Shown here one piece after another: positions 17,033 to 29,400 of a stretch of 59,525 nt of DNA. The notes beneath the pieces were generated by a model. That model had not been told where the DNA came from. It saw only the letters and a program-made list of their open reading frames with translations, and did no database searches. The stretch is from a virus (taxonomy: Duplodnaviria > Caudoviricetes). How positions within the stretch are numbered: position 1 is the stretch's first letter; every line of letters begins with the position of its first letter. Both the position numbers and the translations under genes were made by a program. The DNA lies in the IMG/VR virus record IMGVR_UViG_3300037234_000303, positions 1-59,525 of that record. One strand, written 5' to 3'.

Positions 17033-19400
17033 ATGGAAACCCACATATTACAGGACGAACGGACGCCCGGGGGCAACAGCCCCGTTACGTAGGGTCGCCA
17101 CCAAGCTGCTGGAGCAGATGAAGCACCGCAACGAGGAGCTTGGTAACTACGCCAACCCTGTGCAGCGCGTCAGACACGGTGACACCAAGTACATGCTGTC
17201 CTCCCTCCCCGGCTACGACATAGTTGACATTACTGTGCCCTTCGAAGAGGAAGAGGAAGTGGGCGGCAAGGCGGATATCTACAGCGGGCTCTGGGAACCA
17301 ACTTTCCAATCACATAGCCTGCTGCACTACCTGCGCTGGTACCCATCTGGTTATGAGCTTTACAACAGTGACTCCGCAACACCCGCTGGCCTCGGAGCCT
17401 CCGTGGACGGAGCCGCCGACAGACTCCTCCCGGCGTTCATGCCGCCAAACAGGTGGATGCAGAATGACTACACCTACGACCCGGAAGACGAGGAATCCAA
17501 AGAGGAAGCTCCTTGGTTCAAGGACACTGGCCCCGTGGTGTCCGCGACATCAATCCATCCCGGCAAGTACTCTGGTAAGCTCCGCGAGCTGGTACAGATG
17601 CAGCTGGGTTATGGGCTCCTGCCCCAATTCTCTTACTCTGCGAGCAACTCTAACGGCATACACCTCGAGACTTTGGACGAGGACACCACCCGCATATGGC
17701 TGTATCAGATCTCGGCCACCAACGGTGTGGTCATGCAGATCATGATGGACTACAGTGGCGCGAAGTTTGAGGAGGCCGCCGACCTCAAGCCCGGTGAGAT
17801 CCCACCCGAGATAGAAGAAGCAGGGTTCATGGCACTGCAGACTTCCTTCGACAGCACCAAGCCTGTGTACACAAAAGCAGAGTGGGATGCACTCTCGGAC
17901 GCCGAGCGCCCGCCCATCAATGCGGTAACGTTTGTGTTACTATCGGCAGCCTCGTATTTATCCGCCACCTCCGAGTATGGAGCATATGGTGACTATGGCT
18001 GGTCGTTCAACCCAGCGGGCACCAGCGCAGTCATCGTTGGCATGGCATGGAATACTCCGGGGGGTGGTGGCCTCGCTGTCAACTACAAAGCAAATCTGCT
18101 CACGGTAACACTCAACCCCACCGCATTCTCTGCGTCAGTAAGTGGTAGCGGCGATCAACCGTTTCTGATGGACAGCTCGTTTGACCACGTTAAGTTTCCA
18201 AACCCCGACGGAACATTGGAGACTGTGTATTTTTGGAAAGGGGAGAACGGGCTCAAGGGAACACAACCCAGCGCCAGCTACACCGCCCCAATCTACGCAT
18301 ACTACGACCTCAACGGCGACCTTGTACAGTGCGACTATGAGTGGGTAGACGGGACAGCAGCAACGAAGAACGGTGGTTCCGCGTTCCCGCTTACGTGGAC
18401 AGAGACGGTAGCGTGTCGGCAAGCTACAACTTGGCAACCAACGAACTTCCACTACAAAGCCTGTAGCACTGGTGAATCAGGCACCGGCACGTGGGGATGC
18501 AAGCATGGGTTCAACACGAAGATAACAACGCCCGATAGTTATAATGTATATACAGGCTATGCCGTGAAATGGGCACAGGTACACGCATTCGGCTACAAGG
18601 ATCAATCTATATGGTATAACGAATCTTTCTCCTTGAACGTACTGCTCGAATCGGGGCTCACAACCGACGCGTGGCTGAACATAGATGAACACTACTATGA
18701 ACGAAAAGAAGGGTCTTTCAGTGGCTCCACTAAGAGCGTGCTCATAGTACCTAGCTTCGAGCGCTTGGCGTTTTACCACTACAAGAACCTGAACACAACT
18801 ATAACCACCGGGAAGGTACAACACCCGCACACCTTCGCATACGAGCGCGGGGCACCCGTAAGGCAAAATGGGCGCGGTGGTGCCTTGGGTGATGACTGTA
18901 CGTATGCGGGCTGCGGCTGGGCAATCTTTGGGACAGATGGTTCGCAGCACCCAGAACTAGAGACTGCGCCGGAATATTACTTGGCAAAAACTGTCTCCTC
19001 GTTTACAAGAATGCTCGATATATACCCCGCTTGTTCTCCAGTCGAGAATCTGGATTGTTTTGGCTCTCCGACACTCGATGTCTACATAAGTACTCCGGCC
19101 GACCAAGATCCCTACAGCGAGGACAACAACACCTACGTGGGCGGATGTTCCCTGCCAAACGGGGGCAGCATCGCCTTTTCAGAAGACGAGATTGTCAACG
19201 ACAGCGACCCATTTGGGGAAAGCAGCGCTTCTTTTGGGTATCAAAGTGTGGTATCATGTTTTGATACATTCTCGGGCAAGTACATATTTTCTATGCCAAA
19301 TATCGCAATGACAGATCGTAAACATACAGCAGACGGCTTCCCGGATGATATAGTCAAGGTGGCTGTGCTATTCTCTGGTATGCCATACTTCATAGGATAA
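17025..19400 (+). CDS. Large virion structural protein
   Basis: 791 aa from ATG 17025; G/S/T/Y-rich. Confidence 0.7.
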   Translation: MAKWKPTYYRTNGRPGATAPLRRVATKLLEQMKHRNEELGNYANPVQRVRHGDTKYMLSSLPGYDIVDITVPFEEEEEVGGKADIYSGLWEPTFQSHSLLHYLRWYPSGYELYNSDSATPAGLGASVDGAADRLLPAFMPPNRWMQNDYTYDPEDEESKEEAPWFKDTGPVVSATSIHPGKYSGKLRELVQMQLGYGLLPQFSYSASNSNGIHLETLDEDTTRIWLYQISATNGVVMQIMMDYSGAKFEEAADLKPGEIPPEIEEAGFMALQTSFDSTKPVYTKAEWDALSDAERPPINAVTFVLLSAASYLSATSEYGAYGDYGWSFNPAGTSAVIVGMAWNTPGGGGLAVNYKANLLTVTLNPTAFSASVSGSGDQPFLMDSSFDHVKFPNPDGTLETVYFWKGENGLKGTQPSASYTAPIYAYYDLNGDLVQCDYEWVDGTAATKNGGSAFPLTWTETVACRQATTWQPTNFHYKACSTGESGTGTWGCKHGFNTKITTPDSYNVYTGYAVKWAQVHAFGYKDQSIWYNESFSLNVLLESGLTTDAWLNIDEHYYERKEGSFSGSTKSVLIVPSFERLAFYHYKNLNTTITTGKVQHPHTFAYERGAPVRQNGRGGALGDDCTYAGCGWAIFGTDGSQHPELETAPEYYLAKTVSSFTRMLDIYPACSPVENLDCFGSPTLDVYISTPADQDPYSEDNNTYVGGCSLPNGGSIAFSEDEIVNDSDPFGESSASFGYQSVVSCFDTFSGKYIFSMPNIAMTDRKHTADGFPDDIVKVAVLFSGMPYFIG

Positions 19401-19405
19401 ATGCA

Positions 19406-21394
19406 ATGAGCTCATATTCCGATTTTATAGACGCGTACCTCCCCGATAGTTATTGGCGCTTGGGGGAAACCGTAGGCACCAGTGCGGTAGACAGAGGGGC
19501 AGACAGTCGCAACGGCACCTATGGCAACACACCCCTCCTAAACCAGACATCGCTGACCAAAGGCGACGATGGCTCTGACCCTTCTGTTAATTTTAGGGCG
19601 GCGCAATCTGAGTACGTCAACATTGGTGACTTCCACGACACTTCATACTCCAATGCCGTATCGTGGAATTTCTGGATCCAGACAACGAGTAGCTCGTACG
19701 CGGGGCTCATATCCAAAAAGCAAAATACTTCAGACCAAAAGGGCTACTCCATCTTTATTACAGCGGGTGGTTACATTGAGTGGTGGATTGGTGCCAACTT
19801 CACCACCAATGCCGTCAGGATAACCACCACGGAGTCTCCAGTAAATGATGGGCTACCGCACAACGTCTGTTGCACGAACGATGCCATCGGCTCCGATGCC
19901 TCGATGTTGCATATCTACATTGACGGAGTTGAAGTAGCATTTAGTGTACAGATGAACTTTGTCTCCGTCGCCAGCAGCCACACCCAAACGTTGAGCTTTG
20001 CTGCCGACCATAAAAACACCAAGGACTACTTCAATGGCACGCTGGATGAGATCTTCTTCGTGCGAGAACTGCTATCTGATCAGGACGTGCTGGATATATA
20101 TGCGGAGGGCGCGGGCCTAGTATTCGTAGAAGTGGTGGACTCCGCAGCCACGACTGACTCAGCGTTCGGTACCTTCATCTTCGAGGCGGCCTCTACAGAC
20201 TCGATGGAGCTTGCCGAGGTATTGATCACAGAAGTCGCCAAGGTGTGCATAGAGTCTATCCTGTTTGACAGCAGCCCCGGGCAACTTGCATATATCATCG
20301 ATGCGTTTAATGCCGATACGACTATTATTGAAAAGCTGAACTTAGTCGCGGAGGTAATTGAGGCAGTCAATGCCGCAGACACGGTCGCCAGCGCAGCCGC
20401 CAAGGGAATCTTGGAAGGCTTAGCCATGAACGAGGCATGGGCCGGTAACATGGTGCTGCAGGGCAACATCATGGACACCCTCAGCCTAGCCGAAGTAATT
20501 AGGCTCACGTGGGATCAGTTGGTGGCCGATTCGGTCAGCCTCACAGACCCCGCCTCAGTTTATGCAAGAAAGAGCGCAGTCCTTGCCGAAGCGCTTGTGA
20601 CGGCTGGAATCGTTTCTAACATATACAAAGCTGTCAGCATCGTTACCGAAGCCCTGATCCTGCAAGATGTGGCTGCACGCTTCTTCGAGTTAGCAGCCAC
20701 CGAGAGTGTCAACATTACCGACGCCGATGTGGCTCTGTACCGGGCCGTGGCGGAAAACATAGAAGCAGCTGTGATGGCAGATGCGCTCGCGGGCACCCGC
20801 CGCCTGAGCCTACTAATTTCTGATGAATTGGTAGGTACAGACACCACCAACATCTCCCAGCGCCTCCAAGCAGCTCTTACAGACGACGCAGTTTTTGGCG
20901 GCACGATCGTATTACCGGATGGCGTATTCTCAGCCATCGTGCTGAATACGGAGACCTTGGGTATATCAGAATATACTAATTATCCATTCAACTCCTTCGG
21001 CAAGCTAGGCGCGGACTACCTCGGTGCCTCGGACACGGACATATTCAAGCTGACCGGTGACGACGACGCTGGCACGGACATTGACGCGGTGATCCGCACG
21101 AGCATGACCAACTTTGGCACCAACGTGTTCAAACGGGTACCCAGAGCATATTTAGGGTATACTAGCGATGGTGGAATGATTATGAAGACAATCAGCACCT
21201 CCGGCGGCGTCAAGACCGAGCGCTGGTATGAGCTGACACCAAGAACTGCGGATGCCCATGTGGCAGCCCGCATTCAGCTGGGCAGAGGTATAAAGGCCAC
21301 ATATTGGCAGTTCGAACTAATTAACAAGCTGGGTGCAGACTTCGATATCGACTCGTTGCAGCTGTACCCGATGATCCTTAAACGGAGGGTGTAG
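19406..21394 (+). CDS. Tail protein with N-terminal LamG/ConA-like domain
   Basis: YWRLGE..G..AVD, IYIDG, FNG.LDE motifs. Confidence 0.75.
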   Translation: MSSYSDFIDAYLPDSYWRLGETVGTSAVDRGADSRNGTYGNTPLLNQTSLTKGDDGSDPSVNFRAAQSEYVNIGDFHDTSYSNAVSWNFWIQTTSSSYAGLISKKQNTSDQKGYSIFITAGGYIEWWIGANFTTNAVRITTTESPVNDGLPHNVCCTNDAIGSDASMLHIYIDGVEVAFSVQMNFVSVASSHTQTLSFAADHKNTKDYFNGTLDEIFFVRELLSDQDVLDIYAEGAGLVFVEVVDSAATTDSAFGTFIFEAASTDSMELAEVLITEVAKVCIESILFDSSPGQLAYIIDAFNADTTIIEKLNLVAEVIEAVNAADTVASAAAKGILEGLAMNEAWAGNMVLQGNIMDTLSLAEVIRLTWDQLVADSVSLTDPASVYARKSAVLAEALVTAGIVSNIYKAVSIVTEALILQDVAARFFELAATESVNITDADVALYRAVAENIEAAVMADALAGTRRLSLLISDELVGTDTTNISQRLQAALTDDAVFGGTIVLPDGVFSAIVLNTETLGISEYTNYPFNSFGKLGADYLGASDTDIFKLTGDDDAGTDIDAVIRTSMTNFGTNVFKRVPRAYLGYTSDGGMIMKTISTSGGVKTERWYELTPRTADAHVAARIQLGRGIKATYWQFELINKLGADFDIDSLQLYPMILKRRV

Positions 21395-21396
21395 GA

Positions 21397-23268
21397 ATGG
21401 CGAACAACCCAACAGGCACATGTAGCTTAGTCCAGCACATTGCTGGCGATATTGTAAACGCAGGTTGGACAAAGTGGGGCTCGTATGCGCAGGACGCGTT
21501 GGATGCGACCGAGGAGTTCTTTACTGACATTCAGGAGCTGGAGATCACCCCGGTCCTGACCAACATCGACTTCTCCGTCCCGGCAGAGTTGGGCGTTCCG
21601 TTCGCCAAGCCCATTGCACCGACCGACCCGAACATCACGTTCGGCTCAGTTTCCAGCCCCGGCGATGTGGACGTACAAAATGTGGTGCTCCCGTCGTTCG
21701 ACGATGCTCCGGAAAACACAGCCGTCGCACCCACGATCACTTTACCGAACGCACCGGCCCAGCTCGACGCCGAGGTGCCTAATGACGCACCCACCGCGTC
21801 GGTAGTTACGATCCCCGACGCACCGGTCATCACGCTACCAACCGAACCGACTCTACAGAGCCTGACCTTACCATCTGTTCCTACAGTGTCGTTACCGACG
21901 TTCACTGGGACGCTTCCAGTAAACACAGCGGTGTCACCGGGCAACACGTTTGACTTCGAGTACGAGGACTACACCACACAGATGCCTACGCTGGTATCTC
22001 GCATTCAGGAAATGCTTGCAGGCGGCACCGGGTTACCGGCAGCCATCTGGAACGCACTGTGGGAGAAGGCACGCGGTCGCGAAGACAAGACGGCAGCCAA
22101 GGCAATAGCAGAAGTAACCGACGAGTGGGCAAGCAGAGGGTTCTCGTTACCCGGCGGCGTACTCGACAAGAACATTCAGGGTGTCCGTCAGGACAACCAA
22201 GATGCGAGCAACCAGCTGTCCCGCGACATTGCCATCGAGCAGGCCAAGATGGAAGTCGAGAACATGCGGTTCGCTGTCTCTCAAGGCATTGCATTCGAGG
22301 GCCAGTACCTCAACCTGCATATGCAGGAGATGCAGCTCGCATACGAAACTGCCAAGTACACGGTGGAGGCAGCCATCAGCGTATACAACGCGCAGATCAG
22401 CGCGTACAACGTGGAACTGCAAGTCTACATCGCAGAGACACAGGTGCACCGCACCCTGATCGAAGCTGAGATGGCAAACGTCGAGTTGTACAAAGCCCAG
22501 CTGGAAGGCCAGAAGCTGATCGGCGACATCAACCAACAGGACATCGATTTATATACAGCGAGAATCGGAGCCTTGTTATCCGAAATCGAGATATACAAGG
22601 GCGAGCTGGATGGCGTCCGGACCCTCGTTGAGGTCGATAAGACCCAAGTTGAGTCCTTCACCGCACGAGTGGGCGCGTTCGAAGCTCAGGTCCGAGCAAA
22701 CGAATCCGAGGTCAAAGCATACTCAGCTCGCGTTGCTGCTGAGATGGCCAAGGCTGAGATTTACTCCACAGAGATCGACGCCTTCACCGGGTTGGTCACT
22801 GCATACAAGACCGGTAACGAAGCACAGATCGCAGCCAAGCGGCTGGAGATCGAGAACAACGGCTTCAAGCTCGAGAAGTTCCGGACCAAGGTTGCCAAGT
22901 ACAGTGTCGATATCGACGCCGAAGCCAAGCGCGTTGCGTCGGGCGTCGGTATCTATGAAGGGCAGACCCGCATGTATGCAGCAGAGCTGGGTGCTGAGCA
23001 GGCGCGTGTTGTCGCCGACTCCCGCCAGTACGACTTGGCTCTGGAAACTGCGAAGTCACAAACACAGATCGAGCTGGCAGAAGCCTCGATGAACATCGAG
23101 CAAGTGCTTCGTACTTTGAATCTGGAACTGGACAAGAACAAGACCATCCTGACGGTACAGGCACAGCTCGCAGCGGCCGCCATGTCAGCAGTTAACTTGT
23201 CCGCTTCCATCAGCGAGCAAGCGCAGAACTCTTCGAGTTGCTCGACCAACAACAACTACTCATACTAG
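21397..23268 (+). CDS. Virion protein (Pro-rich linker plus long coiled coil)
   Basis: ASRGFSLPGG motif, heptad C-terminal half. Confidence 0.7.
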   Translation: MANNPTGTCSLVQHIAGDIVNAGWTKWGSYAQDALDATEEFFTDIQELEITPVLTNIDFSVPAELGVPFAKPIAPTDPNITFGSVSSPGDVDVQNVVLPSFDDAPENTAVAPTITLPNAPAQLDAEVPNDAPTASVVTIPDAPVITLPTEPTLQSLTLPSVPTVSLPTFTGTLPVNTAVSPGNTFDFEYEDYTTQMPTLVSRIQEMLAGGTGLPAAIWNALWEKARGREDKTAAKAIAEVTDEWASRGFSLPGGVLDKNIQGVRQDNQDASNQLSRDIAIEQAKMEVENMRFAVSQGIAFEGQYLNLHMQEMQLAYETAKYTVEAAISVYNAQISAYNVELQVYIAETQVHRTLIEAEMANVELYKAQLEGQKLIGDINQQDIDLYTARIGALLSEIEIYKGELDGVRTLVEVDKTQVESFTARVGAFEAQVRANESEVKAYSARVAAEMAKAEIYSTEIDAFTGLVTAYKTGNEAQIAAKRLEIENNGFKLEKFRTKVAKYSVDIDAEAKRVASGVGIYEGQTRMYAAELGAEQARVVADSRQYDLALETAKSQTQIELAEASMNIEQVLRTLNLELDKNKTILTVQAQLAAAAMSAVNLSASISEQAQNSSSCSTNNNYSY

Positions 23269-23277
23269 GAGAAGGGC

Positions 23278-23901
23278 ATGGCACGCACAGACGATGAACT
23301 TGTACTTGGCTCCGGGCGCGGTGCCCCCAAAACGGAATCTCGCGGACGCTCACTTTCCCGGGCAGCGGCACTTGAACCCAAGGGGAATACACCTATGGAA
23401 CGGGTGGCATCGGGGGCCCTCAGGACTTTCTCGGGCAACAGCCGAGGACTTGGATCAAATGCGCCTATCGAAGGTGGCCGCCCCGATGCATCTGTGGACA
23501 TGCGGGCACTTCGGAAGAAGAAAGCCGAAGGGCTTCGTGGCACAACCAACGTGTCTGACAGCGCCAAGAAGTTGCTCAGTAATGGGGACTTCGCCAAGGA
23601 CTTTGCCCGGCAGGCCAAGGAGATCACTACCCGGCGCGGGCTGACGCGGTCACAGCGTAAGGCTCACATAGGGGCAGCGAAGACCCAACTAGCGGTAAAG
23701 AGCGGCCAGCTCACGGGTGACGCAGCCGAACAAGCACTTGATTTAGCACGCGCTTCCACAGAGAGCGGGTTGACCAGCTCCCAGCGGTCGGGGTTATCAG
23801 ACGCCTCCACCCAGCTTTTAGGAGGCGCAGCGGGCGCAAACAAAGAGGACGATGATGGTGGCGCATTTGAGGAAAGTCTGTTAAAATTCTTTGATATCTA
23901 A
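23278..23901 (+). CDS. Putative internal/ejection protein
   Basis: AGGAG RBS, G/A/R-rich. Confidence 0.6.
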   Translation: MARTDDELVLGSGRGAPKTESRGRSLSRAAALEPKGNTPMERVASGALRTFSGNSRGLGSNAPIEGGRPDASVDMRALRKKKAEGLRGTTNVSDSAKKLLSNGDFAKDFARQAKEITTRRGLTRSQRKAHIGAAKTQLAVKSGQLTGDAAEQALDLARASTESGLTSSQRSGLSDASTQLLGGAAGANKEDDDGGAFEESLLKFFDI

Positions 23902-23907
23902 GGGGTA

Positions 23908-26466
23908 TTGAGTATGAGCATTTTAGACGAACTACGCGCTGGCAGAATCCAAAAGGAACAGCTTAATGACGTTCAGGCGGCTGAGGCGCGGCAGCTGTTG
24001 CTCGACGAGCAGGACGTAAAAATAAAGACAGAACAGGCAGCATCAGAAAAGACCCACAGGTCGGCAGTGCGCCAGCAGGGTCTGAACGAAACCGTCGGCC
24101 CGCAGCCGCAGCGCCCCATACGCAGTGCAGAGACCGGTGCATTCTCCGGCCCCGTTACAGACATCGACCCAGAAGCCAGAGCCACAGTCGCCGCGCAACG
24201 AGCCGGTGACGTTCAACGGGTGGAGGGCTTGGACCGCAACGCAACCCCACAGTTCAAACCAATCACAGCAGAAGCTGGCGCGGAAGCCGCAGCCAGTCGC
24301 GCACGCGGCCCAGCACCGGCCACGCCAACCTCAGGTCGCGCAACAGTAGGCGGCACCGGGTACACCGGAAGCCAGCTCGACGACGTAGCAAGCAAGCCGG
24401 GCATCATTGAACGTGGCCTTCGGGCTGTTGGTGCCACAGGCGCAGCGGATACTCGCGAGGCCGCACGCATCGGCGCACGGGAAGCTGACATCCTCGAACC
24501 AGCCACAGCGAGAGCAGCGGGTGGCGAGCTGGACGTAGAGGAACGTCCTATGTCCAACGCCCAGCAGAAGAAGGTTGACAGTCTGCAAAGCAACATCGAC
24601 ACAGCCGACGAACGCAAGCGCCGGGCACAGCGTACCATCAACACGTCGAAGAACCCGGCGGACGTGGCAGCGGCCAAAGAAGCAATCACCGCAGCGAACA
24701 AAGACATTCAGGGTGCAACCACCCGGCAGGCCACCGTACGTGCAGAAGCACGCACTCCCACTCCAGTTACGGACGCAGTAGAACGCGCCAAGAAAACTGT
24801 GAAGCAGCCAGCAGCCGTTGGTGACGATGTAGTCAACAAGGCGACCGCAGCACTCGACGACACTATTAGTAAGGTTGACGACGCAACCAAGAAAGGGCTG
24901 GAGAAGGGTAAGGGAATATTCAACAGAGCCATCGACAAAGGCAAGGCTGCTTTCGCTGGCCTTAAAGGTGGTGGCACAGCTGCTGCCTCTGCGTCCGTGG
25001 ATGCGGGCGTCGATGAGCTGACAAAGGATATGCCAGAGGGCCCTCAGAAGCGAAGCGCTGTTCGTGCACTTGGCACCTTGGGCAAGGTAGCCGGGGTGGT
25101 CGGACTGGTCGATATGGCTGGCTCCTATCTGCGTAATGTATATGAGACCGACTTCCGTACTGCCAACATCGACCTGATTGAAGGTATTCAGGAACTCGTG
25201 ACGAGTGGCTTGGATACTGCTGAGGCTGTCCGAGCTGGCGAAGTAGGCATGGACGAAGTTGCTGTCGAACTGGCACGCGGCGTCTACGACGGCATAGTCG
25301 GGATTATCCCGTCCATAGTAGACAACGGACAGTTCTTCGCAGGCGAGGCCTTCGACGCAGCCCTAGGTTTGTCTACCGACGAGACGACGGAACCAACAGG
25401 ACTTCGGGAGATTGGCCCGGCACCCGGTACCACTGCGGACCCAGCGTTCGCTGGCGCACGTGATCCCGGCGAACTCCCGGGCGTACCCGGCGAACGCTTT
25501 GATCCGCTTGGCACTCAGCCGTCAGTGGCTCCTGTCACGCAAGAACCGTTCTTGGAGCAGGGCACGCAGGAAGGCCAGTTCGATATTCGCGGTCTGGACC
25601 GAGGCACTGGCACCATTGATGCAACAGGCGCAACGGGTGGCCCGAGTGGCTTTGCCCAGCGCGTAGAAGAGTCACGCAGAGCTGGTGCCTACGAACCCGT
25701 ATCACAGGAACGTAGAGACGAAGCAACTCGCGACTTGGATCGTGTACGCAAGGGCACAGCAGCTTTCCGCGACCTCGCCGCCACCCGTTTGGGTGTCCCG
25801 ACTCAGTACCTTGATGCAGTACGCTCAGGTGCAATGACTCCGCGTGAAGCGAATCTGGCGCAGGCCAAGCAGGCAGCTGCTGGTCATACCGGCGTCACGT
25901 CCCCGAGGGACTTGCAGGCAATGCAGATTGCCGCCGCTGGAGAGAGCCGCGCACAAGCAGAGTTCAACCAGAAGATGGATACCAATTCTATTGAGCGGTT
26001 CAACAACACAGCCACTGAAGTGGCCGACAGCTTCCCACGCATGAGCGAGGAAGAGAAGGCAGAAGTGGGCAGCGGGTTCACTAGCTTCGCGGCTGGTTGG
26101 GTGCCGGAAGGAGTTGACCCCAAGAATCTTTCGCAGAACGACATGCAGACAATTAAGGGCCAGTACATTCTGGCTACATCCTTGGCCAAGTATGGCGAAG
26201 GTTGGTTCCGCTCGCTGCTGCCTTGGAAGGCGGACATCACAGCCGACACTCTGTTTACCAAGGGCGAGAACATATTGGAGTCGATGGAGAGGCAGGGAGA
26301 GTGGTTTGACATTGGTAACGACAACCTCCGGTTTCAGGGTAGAGATTCTGCCGGGGATCCTGTTACACTTACCATTGAGCCTGAGGAGCTCCCGCCCATA
26401 GCGCAGCAGATGATCAATCAGGCTCGCGCTAACTTGGACATTCAACCGCAGGGATTGCAACGCTAA
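23908..26466 (+). CDS. Putative internal/ejection protein
   Basis: 852 aa, A-rich helical, central hydrophobic segment; ATG 23914 is an alternative start. Confidence 0.7.
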   Translation: MSMSILDELRAGRIQKEQLNDVQAAEARQLLLDEQDVKIKTEQAASEKTHRSAVRQQGLNETVGPQPQRPIRSAETGAFSGPVTDIDPEARATVAAQRAGDVQRVEGLDRNATPQFKPITAEAGAEAAASRARGPAPATPTSGRATVGGTGYTGSQLDDVASKPGIIERGLRAVGATGAADTREAARIGAREADILEPATARAAGGELDVEERPMSNAQQKKVDSLQSNIDTADERKRRAQRTINTSKNPADVAAAKEAITAANKDIQGATTRQATVRAEARTPTPVTDAVERAKKTVKQPAAVGDDVVNKATAALDDTISKVDDATKKGLEKGKGIFNRAIDKGKAAFAGLKGGGTAAASASVDAGVDELTKDMPEGPQKRSAVRALGTLGKVAGVVGLVDMAGSYLRNVYETDFRTANIDLIEGIQELVTSGLDTAEAVRAGEVGMDEVAVELARGVYDGIVGIIPSIVDNGQFFAGEAFDAALGLSTDETTEPTGLREIGPAPGTTADPAFAGARDPGELPGVPGERFDPLGTQPSVAPVTQEPFLEQGTQEGQFDIRGLDRGTGTIDATGATGGPSGFAQRVEESRRAGAYEPVSQERRDEATRDLDRVRKGTAAFRDLAATRLGVPTQYLDAVRSGAMTPREANLAQAKQAAAGHTGVTSPRDLQAMQIAAAGESRAQAEFNQKMDTNSIERFNNTATEVADSFPRMSEEEKAEVGSGFTSFAAGWVPEGVDPKNLSQNDMQTIKGQYILATSLAKYGEGWFRSLLPWKADITADTLFTKGENILESMERQGEWFDIGNDNLRFQGRDSAGDPVTLTIEPEELPPIAQQMINQARANLDIQPQGLQR

Positions 26467-26481
26467 TAAGAGGAACTGCAC

Positions 26482-29400
26482 GTGGCCGGATTAAGAACGA
26501 ATGATCTCAACGATCCTGATTACGTACCACCATCGAAGAACGAGCCCGGCTTTATAACCGGGCTTCGTTCCAGCGCACAGCGTGGTCCTGATGCTGTGCC
26601 CGTCGCGGCACCGAGCGAGTTCGAGAAGGGTTTATCCCGTGGTACTGAAACACTCCAAGCGGGTGTCTTCGGTGCCGTCGAAGCATTGGGTTCCGCTACT
26701 GGTTCTGAAACACTCCAAGAGATCGGTGCCGAGGGCGTGCAGCGCAACCTCGAGGAAGCATCAGCTATCCCAGCAGCAGCGGTCGAGTCAGTATTTGACA
26801 TCAATGACGTGTCAACCTTCTTGGATTGGGCAGCCCACGGTCTGGGTGTCCTTGCCCCGAGTGCTGTCACCATGGTTGGTACCGGCGGAGCTGGTGCACT
26901 GGCAGGTGCCATCACCCGCGCAGGCGCAGCTCGTGTTGCAGCGGCAGGTGCCTTCGCTGGCTCAGCAGTACCAGAGACCGGCCACGCATTCACAGATTTG
27001 AAAGAAGGCGGCGTAGAGAGCCCCGGCGCAGCTGCCCTACAGGGTGGCATCATCGGTTTGCTCGACGTCGCTCCGCAAGCCCACTTACTCAAGATGCTTG
27101 GCACCAAAGGCAAGAAGGGAATCCTTCGCGGTGCAGTGTCAGGCGTCCTCGACCAAGCACCACGCGAGGCTGTGACCGAAGCAGCGCAGGAAGCTGTAGG
27201 TGAGGGATTCCGCAGGGCTATCATAAATCAGGAAGACCCGGACTTCGTAGCCCATTTGATTGAGGCCGGTGCGCTTGGCGCATTGGGTGGTGGCTTTGCT
27301 GGTGGTGTCGGTGGTGCCGCCAAGGGTGCAGCTGGCAGGCTGTTCGATGAAGATGGCGCTATTATAGAAGACCCGGGCATTGCGCCGAGCGCCGATGTAA
27401 CAGCCTTCGACGATGCAGAGCGCATCGCTGCTGAGGAAGGAGACGGTGACCTCGCCGCCTTCGGCCTGACAGAGTTCGATACCAATCCGGCCTTCACAGA
27501 CGTCCCGGTTGACACAGCAGTCAAGACCAAGTTGTCCGGCGAAGCCCGCGAGCGACTTGGGTTAGTACCAGAAGATATTGGTCGGACGCATATCCCGTCC
27601 AGACTCGAACGACTCAACGCTCCGTTCGTAGCCAGACAGCGGGGCGAGCAGCAGGAGTTCGCACAGGAACTTGGTGCCGGTACTCTGTTGGGTGAGATGA
27701 GCAACGCACGGGCAGAGCTCGAGCGCATTATTGAAGACGAGGGTGGCAGACTGTTTACCTTCGGTGAGGATGGCAAGCTCGATACCAGTGCAGCACCAGC
27801 TATTAGTTCGCGTGTAGCAGATGCTCTTGCTTCCGGTAAGCCGGGTGAGCAGGTCGCATCGCGCACGTTGCGTGAACGCTTGGACGAAGCACTTGGTAAA
27901 GCACCCGACGCAATCGCAGAGGCACAGACGGAAGCAGCCATCGGCGAAGAAGTTGATCTCCCATTTCAGAGCGAGACACTGCACGCCAAAGTATCCAGAG
28001 AAGCAGAGCGGCAGTTCCCGAACGACGTAGAGCTGCAACAGCAGTTCATCGACCAAGAGGGCGAGGCCTTATTCAGTCAGCGCTCCGGTGTAGCTGAGAA
28101 CGAGGAGCTGGCTGGCTTACTTGGTATCCCAACTGCGAGCCTCACGAATGAAGATACAGCCCGCATGAAGAAGCTGCGCACCGTGCTTGACCGTGCACAG
28201 CGTGTCGGGTTCGAGAACATCTACGACTTTGAGAAGCCCGGTGAGTTCCTCCGGAACTTCGAGGGCATCAAGACGCCAGCGCTTAGCGAGATCAGCGATA
28301 TACTAAAAACAGGAGACATTGATGCAGAGACCCGGGCAGACTTCGAGAACATCCTCGCCACCAACCGTCCAGAGGGTGTTGACTTCACACTCACCGGGGT
28401 TAACCTTAGCGGGCCGAGACCCATACAGTTCAGCGCACAAGCCAGCTACGATGTCACCGAGACTCAGTTTCGAGTGCCCGGTAGCAACAAGGTCATCAAC
28501 ATATCGAACCTGACCAACGAGGCACGCAAGCAGCGCCAGCGGCAGGAGCAGGTATTCAAGGCCAGTGAGAAGCCGCTCGAAGAAACGGGTAGCGCAACAG
28601 ACACTGCTCGCCTTGCTAATGACGTCATGATGGGTTTGGACATGGCCAGCGAGCAGGGCTTGATTGCTTTGCCGCAGGCATCACGCGAACAAGTACAGGC
28701 GATCATCGCACAGAACGCAACGACACGGTTGGCTAAAGGAGCCAAGAAGACAGAAGCCAAGTACGCAGAGCGTGGTCCGCAGCGGGCAGCGTCACAAAAA
28801 GCTTTGGGCGACTTGGCCAAAATTGTTGGTTTGGACACGATCGTCGAAACCAAGAACAACAGAACCTTTGGGGATGTCATCAAGTCCCTAGGAGTTGGAA
28901 CACCGTTCGCCAAGCGCAGAGAGCGCTCGGATCCAATCACAGAGCTTCCTGACATATCTGAAGATTCGACCATTGCCTTCGATCCAACAGCTTCGGCCAA
29001 AGCCGAGCGCTTCAATCCCCGTAAGGGCAAGGCAGCCAAGGCCCGGCTCGAAGAGCTTCGTACGGACATGACGGGCGCACGCGGTCGCTTGGCCTCAGCA
29101 GACCAAGAGTTTCAGAAACTCCCGGACGGGGTAGCCAAGGATCAGGCAGCCAAGAACGTGGCTCGCCTTGAGAAGGAAGTGCTTCGTTCCGAGCAGGCGC
29201 TCGAACAAACAGAACGAGCAGCGCACCGGGTTGGCATCAGCATCGACTTGGATGTAGACACCGCTCCCATAACTGTGTTGCTTACTGAGCCGCAGATCAA
29301 ATCCCTGAATGCCGCACGTGGTAAACGTGGGATCGAGGAATTCGAATTACTAGGTATCGGTGGGTCTTCCGCGCTGGTAACGCCCGGAGCAACAAAAGAG